Shown: positions 1 to 15,405 of the stretch, in pieces
How positions within the stretch are numbered: the first letter of the stretch is position 1
How the letters are laid out: each line of letters starts with the position of its first letter
Origin: the human T2T-CHM13v2.0 reference genome, Homo sapiens
Length of the DNA stretch: 64,000 nucleotides
Reading direction: 5' to 3' (one strand)
NCBI RefSeq assembly: GCF_009914755.1
Contig: NC_060930.1
Translations under genes and position numbers: made by a program
The notes under the pieces: model-generated
Told to the model about the DNA's origin: nothing
What the model saw: only the letters and a program-made list of their open reading frames with translations
The model's database searches: none

Positions 1-155
1 TCTCTCAACTTCTCCCCTAAAAGTCTGCCCCACATGCAGAAAGTTTGGTCACTCATGGTAGACTAAAATATTGTTTGATGGAGAAAACATTTTGAGGGGC
101 AAAAGTGAGAAGAAGAATGCAGATAACAATGTAGCTTTTAAAGACTATAAAAGGT

Positions 156-467
156 TATTGTTTTTGTTTGTTTTGTTTGTTTTTGAGATACAGTCTCACT
201 CTGTTGCCCAGGCTGGAGTGCAGTGGCACGGTCTCAACTCACTACAACCTCCAACTCTCAGTTTCAAGCAATTCTCCTGCTCAGCCTCCCGAGTAGCTGG
301 GACTACAGATGCACGCCACCACACCGGGCTAATTTTTTTTTGTTTTTAGTAGAGATGGGGTTTCACCATGTTGGCCAGGCTGGTCTCGAACTTGTGACCT
401 CAAGTGATCCACCTGCCTCAGCCTCCCAAAGTGCTAAGATTACAGGTATGAGCCACCATGCCTGACC
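156..467 (-). mobile_element. AluS (Sx/Sz-like) with 18-bp TSD
   Basis: Full dimeric Alu; ttaaagactataaaaggt at 138-155 and 469-486. Confidence 0.95.
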
Positions 468-3203
468 CTTAAAGACTATAAAAGGTCTTTTATGCCCGAG
501 GGGGAGAAATGTCTGCTTTAGTCACACTTACAGTAGTTGTGACAGAAGATGTTTGTATCAAATGTCACCACTGGTTTACTAATATACATAGGCCAAATCC
601 TCCATTTCAGCAGGGAATAATTGTGTTATGAATTTTTCTTTCTAGAAACACAAACCTCAGCCTACCTAGTTGGACTGCCTTAAACAATTACTCAATGGTT
701 TGAATAAGTTCTGTGGTCTTTCTTACTGGGAAAAATTAGAGAGTGATTCTATATCTGAATGCAGCACACAGAAGGTTCCACACTGTTTTTCTTCCCAGAG
801 GAACTGGGCCACTCCCCATTTTGAATGTTCATTATCGTCTTTCATATGCGTCTGATAAATTTATTAAAAACACCATCTGGATGGGACTGAGCTTTCTGCT
901 CTATTTCTAGTCTTCCAGTTTCCTCCCTTGTCCCACTGGAATTTCTGTCCCAATTTGTGTCACTTTGTTTACAAAACCATGCTGCCAAAACCCAGTGTCT
1001 TGTATCTGTCTCTTTCTGGTGTTCCTTTGCCATCCCTCACCTACATCCCTATTACAACAGCCTGTGCTAGGAGCAAAAGGCAAAGGTGAACCGCCTGGAC
1101 AGAAATTACTTTTCCCCCTCTGTGCACATAGCAATTCTGCTCAGACAAATTTAATTTGCTGCTTCTGAATGCAAAAGTTGCATGTTAACAAAGTGTATAC
1201 ATTCTGCAAAGTGTATGAATATTGGAATGACTCAGACTGCAGGGAACTGCAGAAAAAGTGATCTGAAAACAATTTTACTGCTCTCTGTTCTTACAAAGCA
1301 CCAGGGGTGGCCAACGACTTGCCTCTAAATTTAATTCAGGAGTAATAAATTTTTTAAAAGGCAGTATTACTTCAGTAGGACATGACCTGAGGGCCACCTG
1401 TACCAGCTATATTTAAAGATAAGACTGACATGTTATTTAACTGTCTCCAGAGATCACTTTTGAGAGGTGGAGGAAAAAGACCCACTTGAAGCAGATTTTG
1501 TAAAAGGAAATAACACTTAGCAGTTACAGAGGACTGTCATCTTCAAACACTGTGCTCTGCTGGGCTTTATTCAATGTTTCCCTGGCTGTTTTCATTACAA
1601 AATTGTTTTCTAACAGCACAGTGGTTCATGCAGCAAGCAAATGGTTAATAATCTCTGAGTAGATCATTCTCTATTGCCAAGATTTTCATAGAGATACAAA
1701 GATTTCCTGTTTAAGAAGATAACTATTAGCTTAAGGTCCTACCTAGAGGTCTTCCCACAGACCTATCACTTCTTTTTTTAAAGGAGGAAACACACCAGTG
1801 GCCTAGCCCCAGGCCTACACAGGAATTTGTTGCTGATCAGGCAAGCTTCTAACCCAACTGTAATCCAACCTTCTGTCAAATTATTCAAGAGGAAAAAATA
1901 TCCACAGCTGTTCTGTCTTAACAGCTGTAAAAGAACAATAGCTAATTAGAGAACAAGCCCATCTTTCTTGGAAACTATCAAAAAGCTGTAAAAATGTATT
2001 CTACAACACAGGCACTTAGTTATATTAATGCCTAGTTTTATCTATCAGGTTAAGAAAATCACTTTTCAATCATATATTACATCACCAAAGAAAAACCATG
2101 GGTTATATATAGCATACAATTTTTAAGCTTTTCCTTTCCCAAAGTTTCCCCCACCTGCTTCTGTGAGAAGGCTGCTTCTGAACACACTTCCAGAGAATTC
2201 AGTCCTGACCACCTCTCCATACCTGTGGGTGAAGCCCATGGGTGGAAAACAGGCTATGCCTTTTGAAAACTGGAGCCCCTTTCCCCTAATCGATTTTTCC
2301 TTCTTTCTTTGCTATTTTGTCTGTTTAATTAGCATTAATCCAGTATTCTGATCTTTCCTGTTCTAGCTCCAATTTTTACATTAGCAAGGTTGCCCAAATC
2401 ACATCTTATCTTAAGATTATAAGGGCTCCAAAAATCATGCTGAGTCCATTTTAGCCAGTGATAAGAAGAGGTTAAAACTTCCCTAAACTTCAGATGTGTT
2501 CCCCTCCACCTTTTGCCCCTCAAACACATGCAAATTTTATGAAGCTATAGCTCTAAACACTTCAGAGGAAGTGGCCTGCTTTCTAGAAGATAAGAAATCA
2601 GAGATGGTTATCCCCAGGGACAGAAGTGAGGTGATGTGGCAACAGTAGATCTCAAACATACAAGTTCACCAGGATCAGTGAATTTTCTCTCTCTCCTCAC
2701 ACTGGGGCCTTTGAATGAAAGCACTTTCCAAAAATAACTGTATGGTTTACTCTCTTATGTGCAGTTTGACAATCCTGTAGTTTAAATGCTAGAGGTTTTA
2801 GCTGAGAAAATCAATTCAAAGGCCTTAAAGAATCAAGCATCAGATGTTAGCAGTAATAACCACTGCAGTATATCAAAGAGGGATTCACTCTGAAGGTGAG
2901 GCCTTGAAATTGAGGACAGAGGCATTTCCAGGTATAAAGAAAAAAGATAAACCAACCATCCAATTCTGTGTTTGAACTAACAGGCAATATCTCTATTTTT
3001 TTCTTTCCTCCGGACATAACTTGTCAGGGAAGAGACTTTACATCTGCACTGTAAACATAACGTGATTTATACAAACACAGGAGAAGGAATAACCAACATA
3101 CAAATAGTCACTTAAACTGGTTTTGCAAGTTTTCAAAATGATTTCTCAAAAAATTAAGAAGTTTTAATATAAAGGGCATCTTTTTCTGTGAGTAGTATCA
3201 TAA

Positions 3204-3607
<404 letters not shown>

Positions 3608-3771
3608 AACAGAGTTATTTTTGTACCACACTACGAGTTTAAAGGGTCGTCAGGTCACAACAGGTTTGTGACTCAAGTCAGGGATGTCACCACAGCTTGG
3701 GGAATATTTCTCATTCACATTGAACAGAGAACAAAAGACATGCAAAAGGTTGTTTAAAAAGCCCACAAAAA

Positions 3772-4085
3772 GGCCAGGTGCAGTGGCTCATGCCTGTAAT
3801 CCCAGCACTTTGGGAGGCTGAAGCAGGTGGATCACCTGAGGTCAGGAGTTCGAGACCAGCCTGGCCAACATGGTGAAACCCTGTCTCTACTAAAAATACA
3901 AAAATTAGCTGGGCGTGGTGGTGGGCGCCTATAATCCCAGCTACTTGGAAGGCTGAGGCAGGAGAATTGCTTAACCCAGGAGGCAGAGGTTGCAGTGAGC
4001 CGAGATCATACCATTGCACTCTGGCCTTGGTGACGGAGTGAGATTCCATCTCCCAAATAAACAAACAAACAAACAAACAAAAAAA
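3772..4085 (+). mobile_element. AluSx-like
   Basis: Full Alu with (AAAC)n tail. Confidence 0.95.
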
Positions 4086-4114
4086 CCACGAAAAAGTGGT
4101 GGTTTATTTAATAC

Positions 4115-4394
<280 letters not shown>

Positions 4395-5477
4395 TATTTA
4401 ATAATTTTTTTTAACGATCCTTTAATAAAGAATAAAGTAGCAGCCTTTCTTTTTTTTTTTTAAGCTAGAGGCTGTATCTGGTTCAAACATTAATATTTCT
4501 TTAAAATGCATCAATAACTATAAAATTTGATTTTTTCTAAAAGTAGTACTAACAGTGAGGTGTTTAAACATTAAATGGAGCTGGGTATGCTATAGAGAAA
4601 ATGTCCCCATCAGATCTGTGGCAAGTATGCTCCTACAATCCCACTTTGGCAGAATCTTCCTGCCAGAGCCTTTGGAGGCAGAGAGAAAAAGGTGAGACAT
4701 AACACCAAATCTCTTGTGCCTTAACCCTCACAAACCATCCTGGATTGAGTGAGAGGTGTGAGAAGGAAAGAATCTCCGCAGATCTCATGAAAGTAAGACT
4801 GGAATGTCGAAGAAACATACCAGGGGGAAAAGTGAGTACGAACTTCTGAATACTGCATTCAGTATTGAGACTCCTTAATCAAACCACAAAGGGTGCCTGA
4901 GGGAACAACTTGTCCCACTGGGCACTCTCAGTTCTACCCTGAGGCACCAGTCCAGGTCTGTGGGTAAATTGGGCAAATCCCTGAGTGTGAAGGACGCCTC
5001 CTGAGCTGTGAACTTGGAGACCTGGCGCAGTTTGGCTTCAAAGGCAGCCAAAGTCTTCCAAATCACCTGGAATGACCCTAATCAGACTTCTGAAGTAGTT
5101 ATCAGAAAAAAAAAAAAATCTGGGCAAAATATATAATTTATACTATGTTCTGGGGGCCAAAATTAATCTAGATTGAGGAAACAAGATCATGCCATGTTTT
5201 TCAGTAGACTTAACTGAATGTGTGATGAAAAAAGTACAATAAAAGGTAATTTTAAAAGAGCCTTTTACTATTGTTTTAAATTCTTTTAATGACCTACATT
5301 CAGTGCTTTTGGAAATGAAAAAATGGATACAGTAGTTTTTTTTATTTTTTAATTTTTGCGGGTACATAGTAAGCATATATATATTTACGGGGTATACGAA
5401 ATATTTTGGTACAGGGTATCCATCACCTCAAGCATTTATTCTTTGTGTTACAAACAATCCAATTATACCCTTCTAGC

Positions 5478-5481
5478 TTTG

Positions 5482-5512
<31 letters not shown>

Positions 5513-5794
5513 GAGACGAAGTCTCGCTCTGTCACCCAGGCTGGAGTGCAGTGGCGTGATCTTGACTCACTGCAACCTCCCCCCGGGTTCAAGCAATTCT
5601 CCTGCCTCAGCCTCCTGAGTAGCTGAGTTTACAGGCAGGCGCCACCTCACCTGGCTAATTTTTTTTGTAGTTTTAGTAGAGACGGGGTTTCACCATGTTG
5701 GCCAGGCTGGTCTCGAACTGCTGACCTCAGGTGATCTGACTGCCTCGGCCTCCCAAAGTGCTGGGATTACAGGCGTGGGCCACTGCACCCGGCC
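5478..5794 (-). mobile_element. AluSx-like inside L1 3'UTR
   Basis: Alu with (TTTTG)n tail. Confidence 0.92.
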
Positions 5795-6533
5795 TTTCTA
5801 GTTATTTTTAAATGTACAATTAAATTATTATTGACTATAGTCACCTTGCTGTGCTATGAAACGCTAGATCTTATTCATCCTATTTTTTTTTTTTTTGTAT
5901 CTATTAACCATCCCCACTTGCCCCCTACCCACCCACTGCCTTTCACAGTCTCTGGTAAGAATCATTCTACTCTCTATCTCCATGAGTTCAATTGTTTTCA
6001 TTTTTAGCTCCCACAAGTAAGTGAGAGCCTGGCTTATTTCACTTAACATAAAGACCTCTAGTTCCATCCACGTTGTTGCAAATGACAGGATATAATTCCT
6101 TTTTATGGCTGAATAAGTGCTCCATTGTGTGTATGTACCACATTTTCTTTATCCATTCATCTATTGATGGAGACTTAACGTTGCTTCCAAATCTTGGCTA
6201 TTGTGAACAGTGCTGCAATAAACATGGGAGTGCAGATATCGTTTCAATATACTGATTTCCTTTCTTTTGGGTACATATCTAAAAGTGGGATTGCTGTATC
6301 ATATGGTAGCTCTATTTTTAGTTTTTTGAGGAACCTCCAAACTGTTCTCCATAGTGGTTGTACTAATTTATATTCCCGCCAACAGTGTACAAGGGTTCCC
6401 TTTTCCCCACATCTTTGTCAACATTTGTTATTGTCTGTCTTTTGGATAAAAGCTATTTTAACTGGGGTGACATGATATCCCATTGTAGTTTTGGTGTGCA
6501 TTTTTCTGAAGATCAATAATTTAGAGTACCTGA

Positions 6534-6848
<315 letters not shown>

Positions 6849-8425
6849 TGAGCACCTTTTCGTATGCCTGTTTTCCATTTCTATGTCTTCTCTTGAGAAA
6901 TGTCTATTCAGATCTTTTGCTCATTTTTAATCGGATTATTTGATTGTTTTCCCTATAGAGTTGTTTGAGTTCCTTATATATTCTGGTTATTAATCCCTTG
7001 TCAGGTAAGTACTTTGCAAATATTTTCTCCCATTCCTGTGGAATATTTCTTTGCTAATTGTTTCTTTTGCTGTGCAGAAGCTTTTTAACTTCATGTGATC
7101 CCATCATCCATTTCTGCTTTGGTTGCCTGTGCTTGTGGGTTATTACTCAAGAAACCTTTACCCATTCCAATGGCCTGGAGAGTTCTTTCAATGTTTTCTT
7201 TTACTAGCTTTGTAGTTTGAGAGAGTAAATTTATGTATTTAATCATTTTGATTTGATATTTGTATATGGAGAGGGAGATAGAGGGGTCTGGTTTCATTCT
7301 TCCACATATGGATATCCAGTTTTCCCAGCATCACTTATTGAAGACTACCTTTTCTCCGGTATATATTCTTGGCACCTTTGTCGAAAATGAGTTCACTGTA
7401 GTTGTGTGGATTTATTTCTGGGTTCTCTACTCTGTTCTATTGGTCTATGTGTCTGTTTTTACGCCAGCACCATCCTCTTTTGGTTACCACAGTTCTGTAG
7501 TATAATTTGAAGTCAGGTAATGTGATTCTTTCAGTTTTGTTCTTTTTGTTCAGGACATCTTTGGCTATTCCAGGTCTTTTGTGGTTCCATATAAATTTTA
7601 GGATAGTCTTTCTATTTCTGTGAAGAATGTCATTGGTATTTTAATAGGGATTGAATTGAATGTGTAGACTGCTTTGGATAGTATGGACATTTTAACAATA
7701 TTGATTCTTTCAATCCATGGACATGAAATATCTTTACTTTTTTTGTGTCTTCTTTAATTTCTTTCACCAATGTTTTATAGTTTTCATTGTAGAAATCTTT
7801 CATTTCTTTAATTCCTAAATATTTAATTTTATTTGTAGCTATTGTAAATAAGATTACTTTCTTGATTTCTTTTTCAGATTGTTTGCCATAAGCATATAAA
7901 AATGCTACTGGTGATTTTCTATCTTACAACTTTACTGAATTGATCAGTTCTAATAATTTTTTGGTGGAGTCTTTAGGTTTTTTCAAATATAGGATCATAT
8001 CTTCAAACAAGGGTAATTTGACTTCTTCATTTCCAAACTGGATGCTCTTTATTTCTTTCTCTTCTCTGACTGCTCTGGCTAGGACTTCCACTACTATGTT
8101 GAAAGTCCTAAGTGGTGAAAGTGGACATCCTTGTCATGTTCCCGATCTTAGAGGAAATGATTTCAGTTTTTCCCCATCAGTATGATACTAGCTGTGGGTC
8201 TGTTTTATATGGCTTTTATTATGTTGAGGTATGTTCCTTCTATACCCAGTTTCTTGAACTTTATCATAAAGGGATGTAGAATTTTATCAAATGCTTTTTC
8301 ATCATCAATTGAAATAATTATATGGTGTTTGTCCTTTATTATTGATATGATATATCATGTTGATTGATTTGCATATGTTGAACCATTCTTGCATCCTTGG
8401 GATAAATTCCACTTGGTCATGATGA

Positions 8426-8722
<297 letters not shown>

Positions 8723-8751
8723 TGAATGAACTTTTAATGTGATGTTGCTAG

Positions 8752-9095
<344 letters not shown>

Positions 9096-9532
9096 AATTT
9101 TATTTTTTTTTAATGTGTCTTTGTCTGGTTTTGATAACAGAATAACACTGACCTTGTAGAATGAGTTTGGAAGTATTCTCTCCACCTTTATTTTTCAGAA
9201 TAATATGAGTAGAATTAGTATTAGTTCTTCTTTAAGTATTTGGTAAAACTCAGCAGTGAAGCACTTGGGTCCTGGGCTTTTCTTTATTTCTTTCTCTTTC
9301 TTTTCTTTCTTTGGGAGACTTTTTATTACGGCTTCAATCTCGTTACTTGTTATTGGTCTGTTCAGGTTTTGGATTTCTTCATGGTTCAGTCTTGGTAAGT
9401 TGTTAAGTTAGAAATTTACCCATTTCCTCTAGGTTTTCCAATTTATTGGCATATATTTGCTTATAGCAGCCTCTAATGATCCTTTAAATTTCTGCAGTAT
9501 TGGTTGTAATGTCTTCGTATTCATCTCTGATT

Positions 9533-9831
<299 letters not shown>

Positions 9832-11682
9832 TCTGATTTTCTTTCTTGGCATCCTCTGTTTTTCTAAGTTAGACTGGCTAAAGGTTTGTTGATTTTATTT
9901 TTCAAAAAGGAAACTTTTTGTTCCATTGATCTTTTGTATTATTTTCTTCATTTCAATTTCATTTACTTCTGCTCTGATCTTTATTCTCTCTTTTCTTCTA
10001 CGAACTTTAGATTTGGTTTGCTCTTGCTTTTCTAGTTCTTTAAGATAAATCATTAGGTTGTTTATTTGAAGTTTTTCTTCTTTTTTTGATGCAGGCACTT
10101 AACAGCTATAAACTTCTCTTTTAGTACCGCTTTCGCTGTATCCCACAGTTTTGGTTTTTTTTTTAAATCCCACAGGTTTTGGTATGTTGTGTTTCCATTA
10201 TCATTTGTTTCAAAAATATTTTCAATTTCCTTCTTAATCTCTTCCTTGACCCACTGGTCATTCAGAGGCATACTGTTTAATTTGCATGTGTTTGGATAGT
10301 TTCCAAAATTTCTCTTCTTACTGATTTCTAGTTTTATTCCATTGTGGTCAGAGAAGATATCTGATATTATTTCAGTTTTTTTGAATGTTTTGAGACTTGT
10401 TTTGCGGCCTAAGATATGGTCTGTCCTTTAGAATAAACCATGTGTTGAGCAGAAGAATGTGTATTCTGCAGCTGTTGGATGAAATGTTCTGTAAATATCT
10501 ATTAGGTCCAGTTGGTCTATAGCACAGAGTAAGTCTGATGTTTCTTTATTGATTTTCTGTCTAAATGATCGGTCCAATGCTGAAAGTGGGGTGCTGAAGT
10601 CTCTAGCTATCATTGTATTAGAGTCTCTCTCTTTAGCTCTAATAATATTTGCTTTATATATCAGGGTGCTCCAGTGTTGGGTGCATATATATTTATAATT
10701 GTCATATCCTCTTACTGAGTTGACCCCTTTATCACTATATATGATCTTATTTGTCTCTTTTTATAGATTTTGTCTTGAAATCTATTTTGTCTGATAAAAG
10801 TATAGCTACTCCTGTTCTTTTTTGGTTTCCACTGGCATGGAATGTCTTTTTGTATCACTTTAGTTTCAGTCTATGTGTTTCTTTATATGTGAAGTGTGTT
10901 ATGTGTAGACAACAGATTGTTGGGTCTTGTTTGTTTATCCATTCACCCACTCTATGCCCTTTGGAGAGTTTAGTCCATTTATATTCAGTGTTATTGCTGA
11001 TGAGTAATGACTTACTCCTGCCATTTTATTATTTGTTTCCTGGTTGTTCTGTGGTCTTCTCTTGCTTTCTGTCATCTTTTTAGTGAAGGTGATTTTTTCT
11101 GGTGCTATGTTTTAATTTCTTGCTCTTTATTTTTTGTATCTATTGTATGTTTTTAGATTTGAGGTTACCATGAGACTTGCAAGTAATATGACCCATTATT
11201 TTAAACTGTTAACAACACTGATTACATAAACAAACAAGAAAAAAGAAGACTAATAAAAATTCTATAATTTAACTTCATCTCCCCACTTTTTAACTTTCTG
11301 TGGTTTCTATTTATATATTATTGTACTATATATGTCTTCAAAAGTTGTTGTAGTTATTATTTTAATCAGTTCCTCTTTTCATCTTTCTACTTAAGATATG
11401 AGTGGTTTATATACTACAATCTCAGTCTTCAAATGTTCTTTTTCTGTGTACTTATTATTAGCAGTGAATTTTGTACCTTCAGATGACTTCTTATTGCTCA
11501 TTAACAACCTTTCCTTTCGGACCAAAGAACTCCCTTTGGCATTTCTTGTAGGACAGGTCTAGTGTTGATGAAATCCCTCGCCTTTTGTTTGTCTGGCAAA
11601 GTATTTATTTCTCCTTCATGTTTAAAGGATATTTTTTCTGGATATACTATTCTAGGGTAAAAGGTTTTCCTTTAGCACTTAG

Positions 11683-11977
11683 TTTTTTATTTTTTTTTTA
11701 GATGGAGTCTTGCTCTGTCACCAGGCTGGAGTGCAATGGTGTGATCTCGGCTCACTGCAACCTCCACCCCCTGGATTCAAGTGATTCTCCTGCCTCAGCC
11801 TCCCAAGTAGCTGGGATTACAGATGTGCAGCACCATGCTCAGTCCATTTTTGGTATTTTTAGTAGAGACAGGGTTTCACTATGTTGGCCAGGCTGATCTT
11901 GAACTCCTGACCTCGTGATCTACCAGCCTCGGCCTCCCAAAGTGCTGGATTACAGGCATGAGCCACCGTGCCTGACC
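11683..11977 (-). mobile_element. AluS inside L1 ORF1
   Basis: Diverged TSD ttcctttagcactta / ttccttcagcagttta. Confidence 0.9.
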
Positions 11978-12565
11978 TTCCTTCAGCAGTTTAAACATGT
12001 CATGCCACTCTCTTCTGGCCTGTAGGTTTGCACTGAAAGGTCTGCTGCCAGACATACTGAGCTCCACTGTATGTTATTTGTTTCTTTTCTCTTGCTGCTT
12101 TTAGGATCCTTTTTTTTTATCCCTAACCTTTGGGAATTTGATTATTAAATGCCTTGAGGCAATTTTCTTTGGGTTAAATCTGCTTAGTGTTCTAAACCTT
12201 CTTGTACTTGAATATTGATATTTTTCTCTGAGTTTGGGAAGTTCTCTATTATCTCTTTGAACTGACTTTTTACCCCTATCTCTACCTCCTCTTTAAGGCC
12301 AATAACTCTTAGGTTTGCCCTTCTGAGGCTATTTTCTAGATCTTGAAAGCATTCTTTCTTCTTTTTTATCCTGTTCTGTTTTGTCTTCTCTGACTGTGTA
12401 ATTTCAAACAGCCTGTCTTCAAGCTCAGGCTTTTCTTTTTTCTGCTTGATCAGTTCTGCTAGTAAGAGACTCCAATGCATTCTTCAGTATGTCCATTGCA
12501 TTTTTCAATCCAGAATTTCTGCTTGATGCTTTTTAATTATTTTCTTTGTTAAATGTATCTGATAG

Positions 12566-12878
<313 letters not shown>

Positions 12879-15224
12879 AAAACAGCTATTTTGAATTCTC
12901 TCTTTGAAAGGTCAAATATCTCCGTCTCTGCAGGATTGGCCCCTGTTGCCTTATTTAATTCGTCTGGTGAGGTTGTTTTCCTGAATGGTGTTGATACTTG
13001 GAGATATTTGTCAATGTCTGGGCATTGAAGTGTTAGGTATTTCTTGTAGTCTTTGTAGTCTGGACTTGTTTGTACCCATCCTTCTTGGGAAGGTTTTCCA
13101 GGAATTCTAAGGGACTTGGGTGTTTGATCTAAGTTTTTGGTCACTGCAGCCATATCTACACTAGGGACACCCAAGCTCAGTAATGCTGTAGTTCTTATAG
13201 ACTCATAGAGGTACTGCCTTGGTGGTTGTGGATAAGATCCAGAAGAATTCTCTGGATTGCCAGACAGAGACTCTTGTTCTTTTCCCTTACTTTCTCTCAA
13301 ACAAATATAGTCTCTCTCTCCCTCTCTGCTTCATGCTGGGGGAAGAGTGACACAAACACCGCTGTGGCCACCACTATTGGGGCTGTGCTAGGTCAGACCT
13401 GAGGCCAACACAGCACTGGGTCTTGCCCAAGGACCACTGTAACCACTACCTAGCTACCACCTATGTTTGTTCAAGGCCCTAGGGCTCTACAATCAGCAGG
13501 TAGTGAAGCCAGCCAGTCTTGTGTCCTTACCTTCAGGGCAGTGAGTTCCCCCAGGCCCCATGCAGGTCCAGAGATGCTGTGTAGCAGCCAGAGCCTGGAA
13601 TCAGAAACCTTAGAAATCTACCTGGTGCTCTATTCCACTGCGACTACGCTGGCAGTGAAACCACAGACAAAGTGCTTCCCACCCCTTGCCCCAGCCAGAG
13701 GGGTCTCTCCTCATGTCCATTACCACCACAAGCCCACAGGGAGTACTGCCAGGGTACCACTGATGTTCACTTCAGGCCCAAGGGCTCTTCAGTTAGTTTG
13801 TGGTGTATGCTGCCAGGCCTGGCACTCACCCTTAATGGCAGTAGGTTCCCCTCTGGACTAGAGTAGGTCCAGAAATGTTGTCCGAGAGCCAAGACCTGGA
13901 ATTGAGGACCTAAAGAGCCCACTTGGTGCTCTTCCTCACTGTGGCTAAGCTGGTACCTAAGCTGCAAGATGTTGCTCTACCTATAAAATAAAGATAATAA
14001 TCCCTTTATTATTCCGTCTCCTTTTCTCAAGCAGTAGGAGTCTCTCCTCATATCCACCACAGCTGCGAATATGCTGGGCCACACCCAAAGCCAGCATGTC
14101 TTAGAGTCTCACCCAAGGCTCACAGTGTGTACTACTTGGTTACCACTGCTGATTATTCAGAGCCCAAGGGCACTTTAGTCAGCACGTGATGAATCCTGCC
14201 AGCACTGGGTCCTTCCCGTCAGGGCAGCAGGTTCCCTTCTGGCCCAGGGCGTGACTAGAAATGTCATCTGGGAGCTAGGGCCTGGAATGGAGGCCTCAGG
14301 ACTCTGCCCAGTGTCCTATTCTACTGTGGATGAGCTGGTATTCAAGGTGCAAAACAAAGTCCTCTTTACTCTTCCCTCTCCTCTCCTCAAGCAGAAGAAA
14401 AGGGTCACTTTCATTGCTGTGAGCTGTGCTGCCTGGGGTTGGGAGAAGGATGGTGCAAGCATTCCCTTAGCTGCCCTGGTTGGTGTCTCACTAGGTTGCA
14501 TACTCCCCAAGTCACTGGCTCTTAGCCCAGCACAGCACTAGGGCTTGCCTAGGATTTACAGTCCTTGTGGCCTAGACAGCCTTTCAAGTTTATTTAGAAT
14601 CCCAGAGCACTTTGCCCTGTGATGGTGAGGCATGCCGAAACTCAAGTTCCGACTGCTGGGATGGGGGATCTCCCTCTGGCAAGGGCTTGTCTAAGTGCTC
14701 CCTCCACGGGCATTGGCTGTGTTCTGCCCAGTGTTGGCAGCACTGAGTTCCAATGCAAAGCCCCACAATCGCAGCACTCTCCCCCTCCCCCAAATGCACG
14801 GATTCTCTCTCCATGCCGTGTGGCTACTGGGGGAGAGATGGCATCAGCAATTCAAGACTGTCATTCCTATCCTTTTCAGTGCCTCTTTCAGTGATATTGA
14901 GTTAACCAGGTACTGTGACCACTCACCTGATTTTTCATTCTTACTAAGGTGCTTTTTTGGTAGACACTTGTCAAATTTGGTGTTCCTGGGGGGAGGATGA
15001 CCAGTGGAGGCTTCTATTTGGCCATCTTACTCTGCCTCCTTCTCAATACAAGTATTTTTAAATGACACTTTACTACAAATATTTTCGTATCTGCCTTTTA
15101 AGGAATATCTTATTTCTGCATTTTAACTCTCTTTCCATCATATCTACATATTAATTATGCGGGAGGAAAACAGCTGCTCTTCCCTTCCCAGCTTCTGCTT
15201 GAAAGTCCACTGCACAAGGCAATG

Positions 15225-15405
15225 GACTAGAAAGCAGGCATTCAGAGAACTAACCTCACTTCTGTAAACAGCTTCCTAGGCAACGTCAAGGAAGCCATTT
15301 AACCATTCTGTGACTGTTTCTCTACCTATAAAGATAATAATCCCTTCTTCTCCCTGCCTTTTTATGAATATTGACAGAATAAGTTAGACAATGTTTACAA
15401 AAGAA
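15225..15405 (+). mobile_element. MIR fragment
   Basis: Degenerate MIR core catttaaccattctgtgactgtttctctacctataaagataataat. Confidence 0.6.
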
